A stretch of 64,000 bases of DNA from an uncultured Verrucomicrobiae bacterium (GTDB taxonomy: Bacteria > Verrucomicrobiota > Verrucomicrobiia > Limisphaerales > JAFGQR01): NCBI GenBank assembly GCA_963788655.1, contig CAWBHS010000078.1, positions 73,583-137,582 on the forward strand, read 5' to 3'. The notes under the pieces are model-generated. The model did no database searches, was not told where the DNA came from, and worked only from the letters and a program-made list of their open reading frames with translations. Shown here in pieces: positions 31,301-40,531 of this stretch. Positions within the stretch are counted from its first letter, which is position 1. Each line of letters starts with the position of its first letter. A program made the position numbers and the translations under genes.

Positions 31301-34300
31301 CAGCCGGAAATGTCCACAGCGTTACTCTCGGGATTGAGGATTTGGAAGAATTCCTCGTCCTGATTTCCGGAGACGGGATTGGCTTCGATGGTGCCAAATG
31401 GCAACGCCGGGCTATCGATTTGCGCCAAGGGAATCCCGGCGTTGTTGGGATAATCCGGAGTCAACACGCTGTGGTTGGTGAACAAATGCGTGCGCCGTCC
31501 CGGCAGATAGATGTTCTTAATCAAGTCCAGCGCCTGGGCCAGGGTCTGGTTGGCGCCCCAGATCGGCCACTTGGCCTTGTCGAGCGCCGCGTCCGGAGCC
31601 AGGGCGGTCTTCCAGTATTCGATGCGCGAATCGAAATAACGCTGGTTGGCAGGGGTGTCCGAGGTGTTCAAATATTGGTCCATGAGAGTCCGCAGCCGTC
31701 GCAGAAACATTTCGCGAAATGCCGGCGTGCTGGTGATCACGTCAATGAGGCGGTTCCACAACGCCGGGTTGCGATAATCCGGCATCGCCTGCGTGGCATA
31801 AAACGGATGGGAGGCGCCGTTGGGTAATCCTGAGTGGTCTGGATTTCGTCCACGCTGTTGTTCACTTGTCCGAGCGACAGGTCCATGTCCCACGGCAACA
31901 TGCACCATTCGCCCGAGCCGGGCGTGTCGCGGTAGGGATAGAAGTTCGTCACCTGCCGGTCGCCATCCTGGATGACAACGCACACCGCCATGTAGTTCAC
32001 CTGGCAAGGCAAATCGACGTTATCGAACACAAACCGCGTCAGCGCGTCACCGCTTTGGCCCAATCCCTGCGTGAAGGCGATGATGTCGGAAAAATCCGTG
32101 TCGTCAGGTTCCTTTTTCTCAAAGCCGGTTTCAACGGGTTTATACCCTCCTTGCGCCTGCACCGTGAACCCGTTCAAATCCGCTTTGTAAAGGGCACCGT
32201 CCGGATTCAGCCCATTGCGGCGCAAGTAGTCCTTGTCGGGAATTTCGACGAAGATGGCCACCGAGAAAAAGGCGTTGTTGCGCCGGACGTGCAACGGAAA
32301 CGCGACCGAGTAGGGCACGCCGGCATCGCGGAACAAATCCCAACAAAGCACCTGCCGGACATACGCCTTGTCGCGCCACGTGGTGTTGAGCGCAAACTGC
32401 TTCACGCGGGGGTAACCTTCGGCGTAACGAAAATCATGCGCTGCATTGAAATTGAATTCGTACGGATTCTTGTCAAGGCTGGCCGCCGTGCGCCCGCGCA
32501 AATGCACGTTGACGTTGTCGTAAAATTCACCGTTGAAAAAGACCGAAGCAGCCGTGCCCACTCGGGTGCGCGCCGCCAACTCGGTGCCGGGGGGTAGAAA
32601 CCATTCGAGGATCGGAACGGCGCTGGTGACGGCCGGGTTCAACGCCACAGTTCCGAAGTACTGCGGCGACGCGTTAGTCACGACAAAAGCCGGTGCTCGA
32701 CCAATCGCCGTGGATGCGTCTTCCGCCAGCACCGCCCACCGGATCATTTGACCATCCAAGAAAGAGCTGCCAGGGATGGCCGCAGAATAGACACCATCTG
32801 CCGCAATGGCATCCGGGGCCACGCCGTTGTCAAACATCGGCACGCTCAGTTCGGGATCGTACATTACGCGGTAAATGAGCTGCACATTGGTGACCGAAGC
32901 CAGTGTTGGCGCCACCCGGGCGCTAATGACAAGGTCCTGGCCGGGCGCGGGCCGGGGCAGATTTTCGGGCACGTCGGTTACCCGCGGCCCCAGTCGCCGT
33001 AGCACCTCCCCGTTGGGCAGGCCGGGAGTCGGTGTCAGCAGGTACCCGGTGTCCGTGCTGGCTTTCTGTGCCGTGAGTTCCGCACTCAATAGAAAATCCG
33101 CATCGCTGGCGGCGGTGTTGAGCCCTTGCACCGCCAGCACGTTGGTGCCCGTCACCAGCAAGCCCGCAAAGGCGCTCAGGTCGAAAGTTTGGAACGCGTT
33201 GGCTTCCCGCGCCGGGCGATTGGTGATCGCCGTTGCATCGAAGGCCACGGTTTCCGGCGCGTTGGCCAAGGTGATGCGCATGCCATTCAACCAGGCCACA
33301 AAGGCATCGTCATACTTCATGCGCAACGTCAGGCGGTTAATTCCCTCTGCATCGTTGATGACGAATTCCTTCCGCACATACAACGAGCTGGACTGGTCGG
33401 CCAATTGCCCTTGGAGATCGGTGGCGAAGGCAGACCCAAAATTAGTGGTGATCGCCGCTTGATAATGACTCGAGGAAATCGACGCGAGTTTCGCCGTCAT
33501 GGCGTTGGCGTCCGGCAGTACCCGCAGATCGTAAACCGCGACTTCATCCATTTGTCCATGCACGTTTTGCACGGCGGAGCCCACGGTGCCGCCAACAGCA
33601 ATGGCTCCACCGCCGAAGGGAAGTGGATTGGGAAAATCGTTGGTCTGCGCGCTCACGAGCACTCCATCGATGTAAATGTCATTGCGATTGGCCAGTCCTT
33701 CACCTGCCGCGCTGCCGTAGTAACCGAAAACCAAGTGGTGCCAGCCGGGATCCGTCAGGCTCGGGCCGTCGGCACCGGTCCGACCGCCGGCACCGAAAAT
33801 TTCGAGGGCGGTGCCGTTGTATCCCTGGATCAAGCCGGGCGAGTTACTGACTCTGGCCGTGGTGGAGGCAGCGATGAAATAGGTTTGCTTGTTGGGATCG
33901 AGGGGCTTGCAGCCAAAACTCAACCGCCCACGGCCCGATAATGTCGCTGCCAATCGAAACACTGTCCGCGTAAAAGCGAGTTCCCGTGATCCCATCAAGA
34001 ACCGCGGCAGAGCCCAACGGCAAAGTCGAGTGAGCAGCGCGGGAAGCCCCGCCTTGCGGGGTCAAAGCATCCTGCACAATGTCTGGACTGGCCTGGTTCA
34101 GGGCAACGCCCGAGGGTTCGTCGAAATTCCAGTAATAGAGCGGTTCATCGGCCAGCACCACATCCGCATAAGACCGAAAGGCGCCACCACGGTCGAAGCC
34201 CATCGGGGCTGGCGCGTTGGACCACGGGGAATCATCGAATCCAGGTTGCGTCCAAACGCCATCGACGCTGTTGTTGGTGGGAACGTAGTAACGCAGTGCC

Positions 34301-34806
34301 ATTCCTTCCGTAACCAACTCCATGGTGGCCTCGACCGCGAGACCACGACCATAGCTGATGTCCAAACCTTGCGGTGGAAACTGCGGGGCGTACTCACTGG
34401 CCACGGTGAAGTCCGGCCGGGTGAGCGCCAGGTATTCACCGTCGCCACTGAGCTTGAAGTTGGTGTGCAACTCCTGGCCCGCCACGGCCCGATCCTTGCC
34501 GGACGCAAACACGACAAGATACTGGCCGGCCGCCAGGGGGGTGTCGGGAAAGGTCCATTTCGCCGGCTGTGTCGCATTGTCGGTCAGGTGCCAGCCGAGC
34601 AGATTGACCGCGTTCGTCGAGTCGTTGAGGATTTCAATCCAATCCGAAGAATCTCCATTTTCATCCCGGAGGGTGGATTGATTCAATGCCGCGAATTCAC
34701 TGATGATCGGGCCGGTGGCCTCGGCGCCCCAAAGGGCTGAGGAGCAGATCAACGTGAGCGCGAAGCACCAGCATCTCCAAGATTTGGTATTCTGGTGAGC
34801 CATCAT
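28348..34806 (-). CDS. Giant lamin-tail-domain / LamG / CotH kinase / Ig protein (frameshifts near 33915 and 31820)
   Basis: LTD motifs (IISEF..DWIEI, VTEIMYHP..EYLEL), CotH motifs (VHLRG, QDGDRQVTNFY, LPWDMDLS), three Ig repeats, DTDGDGM..EY.AGTNP, terminal RFYR. Pieces 33844..34875, 31737..33998 and 28348..32007. Confidence 0.82.
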
Positions 34807-34986
34807 GGGCAGGAACGCATTCGTGTCGATGCAGCTCCGTGTCAGCGGGGGCACGTCAGTTTCGGGAAACAGCATAACGTGTGCATAATGGACGATTCGG
34901 CAACATTTCTCAATGACGTGTTCACGTCACCGCGCCAATGCGCTTCGGGCTTGTTCGGTTTTATCAGCCAACGGATAATCCAAAAC

Positions 34987-35640
34987 GTGAAAAGCGCAGT
35001 CGAAAGAACGAGCGTCTGGCTGGTCGAGGACCACGAGGACGCCCGGCGCATGGTGGCGCGGGTGATCAGCCGTTCGGCCCACATGCACTGTTCGCACACC
35101 TTTGCCACCTGCGAGGCCGCGCTGGCCGCCCTGGAACACGAACCCGCGCCCCAGGTAATCCTACTCGACGTGGGGCTGCCGGGCATGAACGGCATCGAAG
35201 GGGTGCCTGCCATTAAACAACTTGCACCGGATACTTACGTCATCATGCTCACGGTGTACGACGATCACGAAAAGGTCTTCAACGCGATTTGCGCCGGCGC
35301 TTCTGGTTATCTGCTCAAGACGGCCGACCAGGAGGCCATTCTTCAGGCGATCGAAGAGGTGCTTCACGGCGGGGCGCCCATGAATCCCCGCGTGGCCCGG
35401 CTGGTATTGGACATGTTCACGCGGCTGGCGATTCCGCCCAAACACGACTACGGGCTCTCGGGGCGGGAAAAAGAGATTCTCGAATTCATGGTGCGCGGGC
35501 TGATCAAAAAGGAAATCGCCGACCAATTGAACCTCAGCTATCACACCGTGGATAATCACTTGCGCAACATCTACACCAAACTGCACGTCCACACCCGCGG
35601 CGGCGCCGTGGCCAAGGCGCTGCAGGAACGACTGCTCTAG
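34987..35640 (+). CDS. NarL/LuxR family response regulator
   Basis: LVEDH, LLDVGLPGMNG, GASGYLLK, LSGREKEIL, NIYTKLHV. Confidence 0.95.
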   Translation: MKSAVERTSVWLVEDHEDARRMVARVISRSAHMHCSHTFATCEAALAALEHEPAPQVILLDVGLPGMNGIEGVPAIKQLAPDTYVIMLTVYDDHEKVFNAICAGASGYLLKTADQEAILQAIEEVLHGGAPMNPRVARLVLDMFTRLAIPPKHDYGLSGREKEILEFMVRGLIKKEIADQLNLSYHTVDNHLRNIYTKLHVHTRGGAVAKALQERLL

Positions 35641-35671
35641 CCGGTTCACCATAGCGACTGCACTTTTGAAC

Positions 35672-36469
35672 ATGGGCCAGAAAGCAAACGATCAGCCATG
35701 CCAGCGCAGTCAGGATGGAGAGAGCATTGCGGAGAAAGCCACCATCAGGCTCACCCCCGAACAGGCACGATTTTTTGAAGCAACCGGTTACCTCCAAATC
35801 AACGAATTGCTCTCGGCCGAGGCCGTCGATTACTTCCGCCGGATCTACGATGATTTCCTGAGCGGGAGAATCGCTACCGGCGCTCAACGCTCGGACCTGA
35901 GCGGACGGGGCGGCAACCAGGAACTCATTACGCAAATCATGCGGCCTTCAAAATTAATGTCCTCCCTGGAGAATTCGATTCTGCACCAAAAAGCCGGCGT
36001 CATTGCCCGCCAACTCATGGGCGAAGACATGGTCATGGACTTCGACATGCTCATTGACAAAGCGCCGCATACGAACGCCCCGACGCCCTGGCATCAGGAT
36101 GAAGCCTACTGGATCGACATGCCGGACAAACGGGCAGTTTCCTGTTGGGTTGCTCTCGATCGCGCGACCGTGGCGAACGGTTGCATGTGGTTCGTACCCG
36201 GTTCGCACCTTCAGGCGTTGCGGTCCCACGTCCAAACCGGCCAAGGGGGAGCGCTTCAATGTGGGGCCACGGAACGCGAAGCAGCGGCGGTGGAGTTGCA
36301 CGCCGGCAGTTGCACATTCCACCACGGCCGGACTGCGCACTACTCGCGAGGCAACTCCACAAATAATCACCGACGAGCCTTCATCGTGAACTTTCGTCCG
36401 GCCACGATGGTGGAATTCGAACGGAAGCGCGGATTTGATCATCTGGGAAAACGGGCGGTCAGGCAGTAA
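35672..36469 (+). CDS. Phytanoyl-CoA dioxygenase (PhyH) family Fe/2OG oxygenase
   Basis: PWHQDEAYW, WVALD, NGCMWFVPGSH, FHHGRTAH. Confidence 0.92.
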   Translation: MGQKANDQPCQRSQDGESIAEKATIRLTPEQARFFEATGYLQINELLSAEAVDYFRRIYDDFLSGRIATGAQRSDLSGRGGNQELITQIMRPSKLMSSLENSILHQKAGVIARQLMGEDMVMDFDMLIDKAPHTNAPTPWHQDEAYWIDMPDKRAVSCWVALDRATVANGCMWFVPGSHLQALRSHVQTGQGGALQCGATEREAAAVELHAGSCTFHHGRTAHYSRGNSTNNHRRAFIVNFRPATMVEFERKRGFDHLGKRAVRQ

Positions 36470-36575
36470 GCGGCTGGCACGCACTTTTCACATCCACAAT
36501 AAGGTGTTGGTTTCACGCGGAATCTGGGGTTGCCAGTCCCCCCCTAACGCGGCATGGTAGCGGTGGTTCGACAGT

Positions 36576-37163
36576 ATGAGCATGTCATGTGTGCAACGAA
36601 AAGTGCTGGTGGTAGTTTTCATCACAGCGGTAGTGCTGATCGGCGCGTCGGCTATCTTGCCACTTTTGGCACGGACATACAGTTGCGGGGGAAATACGGC
36701 AGCGTTGGCAGCGTGTCGCAGTGTACTCGTATGCCTGGAGTTGATCAGTGCCGAGCGCAGTGACAAGCCTGTTTCGGTGACATCCCTCAGCACCTCAGAG
36801 CGCGATTACTTTAGACAGATCGCCGGTTTGAGTTGGCTCCCAGGCTCCAGAGTTCTTGTAACGACTTCTGCGGTCAGCATCGCTGCTGAGCGTCTGAGCA
36901 ACATCGTTGCAGTCTGCGATCACTCATTCAACAACGTCCCTCGTCACTTTTTTGGTAAGGCACCGCTTACTCACGCCGTAGCGTACGCAAATGGTCGAAC
37001 TGGATTACTTCTGCCGGAGGAGTTTCAGCGATTAGATTTGAGCCAGTTCACTGACGTTGCAACAATTCCTGAAAAGAAAGCTGAACCAAACGATTCACCC
37101 AATGACAGCCCCGCAACGTCAGTTGGAAATTCGGACAGTTTTGGAGGGGACCGTCATCGGTGA
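36576..37163 (+). CDS. Hypothetical membrane-anchored protein, probable integron gene cassette ORF
   Basis: N-terminal TM segment. GTTCGAC ends 3 nt before the ATG, and the 3' end overlaps an attC-like site. Confidence 0.6.
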   Translation: MSMSCVQRKVLVVVFITAVVLIGASAILPLLARTYSCGGNTAALAACRSVLVCLELISAERSDKPVSVTSLSTSERDYFRQIAGLSWLPGSRVLVTTSAVSIAAERLSNIVAVCDHSFNNVPRHFFGKAPLTHAVAYANGRTGLLLPEEFQRLDLSQFTDVATIPEKKAEPNDSPNDSPATSVGNSDSFGGDRHR

Positions 37164-37177
37164 TTTTGGCGCTGTGA
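37080..37177 (+). other. Degenerate attC-like site
   Basis: GCTGAAC, then TCACCCAATGACAGCCCC pairing imperfectly with GGGGACCGTCATCGGTGA. The central GTTGGAAATTCGGA matches GTTGGCAATTCGGA of the 8093 site. The right GTT box is mutated to GCT. Confidence 0.55.
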
Positions 37178-37395
37178 GCTATACGGGCAAAGTAAAAAAT
37201 GGCGTGGTGGTGCTGCCACCCGGAGTCACGCTCCCCGAAGGGACAGAGGTGAAGGTGGAGCCGCTCGAACTGCTGCCCGAAAATGATCCGTATATTCAAG
37301 CGGTGCTTCGCCTTGCCAAACCCCGCCCTCATTGGCCAAAAGATTACGCCCTGAACCACGGCCATTACGTCAGTGGCGAACCCATGAAACCGTGA
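37174..37395 (+). CDS. Putative antitoxin (AF2212/DUF104-like)
   Basis: YTGKVKNGVVVLPPGVTLPEGTEVKVEP ... PKDYALNHGHY. Confidence 0.65.
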   Translation: MSYTGKVKNGVVVLPPGVTLPEGTEVKVEPLELLPENDPYIQAVLRLAKPRPHWPKDYALNHGHYVSGEPMKP

Positions 37396-37433
37396 ATCCG
37401 GTCCCCGCCGACACCTTCTCTTACTTGCTTTAG
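37392..37433 (+). pseudogene. N-terminal stub of a PIN/VapC toxin
   Basis: GTGA-coupled 13-codon frame MNPVPADTFSYLL resembles the VFADT PIN start. It ends immediately before the kinase stop codon. Confidence 0.4.
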
Positions 37434-37434
37434 A

Positions 37435-40416
37435 TCACATCGGCAGGCTGACCACAACCGTAGTGCCTTGGCGCGGTGCCGTTTCAAACTCCACTGAGCC
37501 CGCCATTTTTTCAGCCCGGCGTCGCAAATTCTTCAAGCCATTGCCACTCGGAACCGCACTCGGATCGAAACCAACGCCATCGTCGCGGATAATCAGTCGC
37601 CACCGCGTGTCGTGTTCCTCGACCGCCACTTCCACCCGTGTGGCGCGGGCGTGCTTGGCGATGTTGGTCACGGTTTCCTTGTAAATCAGAAACACGTTCT
37701 GCCGAAAATCGAGCGGGAGTTGCCGCGACAGGTTGACGCCTTCGCTCCGCAGTTGGAAGGTCACTCCCCGCAGCATGGTCCCGGCGAAATCCTTCATCCG
37801 CATCACCAAATCCTGGACGGTATCGAATGCGGGATTGATCAACCACACAATGTCCCGGACGGCGTTGGCGGTTTGGGTGGCAATGCGATGGATCTCCCGC
37901 ACATCCCCCCGCTCCTCCTCCCCCATCGTTCCGTATTTGTGCAACATCTGGCTGAGCAGCGTGATACTCCAGACACTCGAACCGATCTCATCGTGCAAGT
38001 CGCTCGCAATGCGCAATCTTAACCGCTCGATTTCGCGCTGGCGGCTGCGGCGCAATTGCACCAGACCACCTATGGCGCCCGCCACCGCCACCGCCACCGC
38101 CACTTTGAACCACACCGTCTGCCACCAGAACGGCTCCACGATCAGCGCCATACGGGCGCCGGTTTCGTTCCAGACACCATCGTTATTGCAACCCAGCACC
38201 TCGAAGTGATACTGGCCCGGCGACAATTTGGTGTAGCGCGCCATGCGGCTGCTGCCGACGTCAATCCAATCGTTATCAAATCCTTTCAAGCGACAGCGGA
38301 AACGAACCTTCTCCGGCGCGGTAAGGCTCAACGCCGTGTACTGGAACTGAACCTTCTCTTTGCCCGGCCGCACCCGAAGCGGTTCCGCCAGCGGCACCGC
38401 TTCGTTTTCCACCAGCGCCTGTTCCAAGACCACGGACGGCGGGACATTGTTCCATTGCAACTTATCGGGGTCGATCCATACCAGTCCCCGGCTGGTGGGA
38501 AACCACAGCCGACCGGTGTCTCCGCGGATGCGCGTCACTTGGACACCTTGCCGGCACTGCAACTCAGCCAGGCCGTCCCACGGGCCGTAAGGCACTGCAT
38601 CCACAAACGGCGTCCGGCCTTCGGCATAGTCGTGCAATTGTTGTTTGCGGAGCCGGTATAGACCGTGGTTCGAGCCGACCCACAGGTTGCCATGGTTGTC
38701 ATCCTGCACCTGAAAAATCGAGTCCTCCGGGATGCCGTCTTTGGTGGTAAACGAGGTAAGCTGTCCCTGCTTGATCCGGGCCAAGCCACCCGCTGTCCCG
38801 GCCCACAGCACGCCCTCCGGATCCGCGTGCAGCGCCTGCACGACGTTATGGGGCAAACCATTGCTGGTCGTATAGGCGAGGAAGGTTCCATTCGACAAAC
38901 CGAACAAGCCATCCCCCGTGGTGCCGATCCATAAAATGCCGTCCGAGCCGGCGGTGATTTGGCTGGCGAAATTGCCGGTGAATCCCCACGGCGTGTTGAA
39001 TCGTTTCACCTGGCCGGCCTGCAAATAATTCAGACCGCCATTGCGCGTTCCCACCCAGATTCCTCCCTGGTCATCGGCACAAAGCGCTTCAATGGCGCTG
39101 TCGGACAATCCTTCCCGTTGACTCCAGCGCTGCAACCGTTCGTTCCGCCAACAAAACAATCCCTCGCCCAAGGTGCCAATCCACAAGCCGGTCTGCGCGT
39201 CTTCGGCCAGCGTGCGCACAAAAGCTCCTTCGGGAAACTGCGGGTGCCGAAACGTTTGCCATTTCCCGGCGTGCCAGCCATGGATTCCGCCGGCGCCGAA
39301 GGCCAACCAAAGCGCGCCCGCGTTATTCTCCACCAGCGCCGTCACCTCTTGGGAAGACTGTTCGGCGGGCAGGTTGAGCAAGTGCAGTTGGCGTCGTTTC
39401 AACCGGAGCAAGCCATCCCCCGCCGTACCAATCCAGACATTACCCTCGCGATCTTCACTCAAGGCGGTGATCGCCGCGGGTCGGCGGGTCACTTCCTGCA
39501 CCACGTTTTCTTCGGCCATTGCCGTCAGCCGACAAGCCTTGCCATCCGCGGTGCCAAACCAGATCTCGTTCGCGCTCGGCTCCAAGAGGGACGAGACGTC
39601 TCCGGAGTAAACGCACACTGCCGCATTGGTGGCTGCCTTCGGATCAATGCGCCAAAGGCCTGCTTCATCCGCCAGCCATAGTCGGCCTTGCGGATCTTGT
39701 TGAACTGAATTGACGCGGTTCCGCGGCAAATCGACTTGCGGCTGAAAGAATCCAAACCGGCCCTGACGCGTTGCCGCCAAACCCCGACCAGTACCGAAGA
39801 CCACCTGCCCGCGGCGCAGTAACCGAATGCTCGCCACCCGGTCATCGGGCAACCCATCGATTTGGAAGAACGAGACAAACCGAGTTTGGTCCCACCGGTT
39901 GAGACCGGACTGCGTCCCCACCCACAGTCGGCCGTCGTGATCTTCGCCGATGGACATTACGGGCGCCGCCGATAATCCCTCCCGGCTCGTGTACGGAGTG
40001 AACTGGCCGTGATCGTACCGCACCACGCCGACCTCGGCGCCAATCCACAAACCGCCGCGTTGATCCTGGTACAGGCTGAGAATCTGGTTACTCTTCAACT
40101 CCGGGGTGTCCACGGTGCGAAACGTTTTGAAGCGGAGGCCGTCAAACCGGGCCAGTCCGTTCGAGGTTCCAATCCATAAATACCCATCGCGCGTCTGCAA
40201 CACGCTCGTGACGGCGTTGTTCGGCAGTCCGTTGTCGGATCGCCAAGTATCGATCAAGTATTCGTCCAGCGCTGCGGAATTGGCACTCCCGGCGGCGACC
40301 ATCCCGGCGGCAAGCAACCAGGAGACAGTGCGTGGTGGCAGGTGATGGAGCAACGTTTGCCGACGCATGCGCCCATTGTAGCTGGCGCGCGGCCATTTGA
40401 AACGAAAACTCTTCAA
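37435..40416 (-). CDS. Sensor histidine kinase with Reg_prop beta-propellers, Y_Y_Y domain and NarX/UhpB-type kinase
   Basis: Repeated GLPxxxV...D..G.LWIGT, YTKLSPGQYHFEV..CNNDGVW, TM segment, RIASDLHDEIGS, DDGVGF, GNGLKNL. Start may be 40368. Confidence 0.93.
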   Translation of the reverse strand: MKSFRFKWPRASYNGRMRRQTLLHHLPPRTVSWLLAAGMVAAGSANSAALDEYLIDTWRSDNGLPNNAVTSVLQTRDGYLWIGTSNGLARFDGLRFKTFRTVDTPELKSNQILSLYQDQRGGLWIGAEVGVVRYDHGQFTPYTSREGLSAAPVMSIGEDHDGRLWVGTQSGLNRWDQTRFVSFFQIDGLPDDRVASIRLLRRGQVVFGTGRGLAATRQGRFGFFQPQVDLPRNRVNSVQQDPQGRLWLADEAGLWRIDPKAATNAAVCVYSGDVSSLLEPSANEIWFGTADGKACRLTAMAEENVVQEVTRRPAAITALSEDREGNVWIGTAGDGLLRLKRRQLHLLNLPAEQSSQEVTALVENNAGALWLAFGAGGIHGWHAGKWQTFRHPQFPEGAFVRTLAEDAQTGLWIGTLGEGLFCWRNERLQRWSQREGLSDSAIEALCADDQGGIWVGTRNGGLNYLQAGQVKRFNTPWGFTGNFASQITAGSDGILWIGTTGDGLFGLSNGTFLAYTTSNGLPHNVVQALHADPEGVLWAGTAGGLARIKQGQLTSFTTKDGIPEDSIFQVQDDNHGNLWVGSNHGLYRLRKQQLHDYAEGRTPFVDAVPYGPWDGLAELQCRQGVQVTRIRGDTGRLWFPTSRGLVWIDPDKLQWNNVPPSVVLEQALVENEAVPLAEPLRVRPGKEKVQFQYTALSLTAPEKVRFRCRLKGFDNDWIDVGSSRMARYTKLSPGQYHFEVLGCNNDGVWNETGARMALIVEPFWWQTVWFKVAVAVAVAGAIGGLVQLRRSRQREIERLRLRIASDLHDEIGSSVWSITLLSQMLHKYGTMGEEERGDVREIHRIATQTANAVRDIVWLINPAFDTVQDLVMRMKDFAGTMLRGVTFQLRSEGVNLSRQLPLDFRQNVFLIYKETVTNIAKHARATRVEVAVEEHDTRWRLIIRDDGVGFDPSAVPSGNGLKNLRRRAEKMAGSVEFETAPRQGTTVVVSLPM

Positions 40417-40531
40417 GCCGGGTTCATAATGGACATTGGGGAAGAAGGTGAAGTTCCAATCAAATGCCCCCCGTGATTCAGATGCGGATTTCTATTTGCA
40501 GAAAGGGCCTTTTTGAAAGACTTTATGCGCA

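Noticed and set aside
34935..34970. Third copy of the GGCCCAAA-N14-CGCATT motif upstream of CotH-1
   Set aside because: Only CGCATTGG matches; the upstream box is absent at the required spacing.
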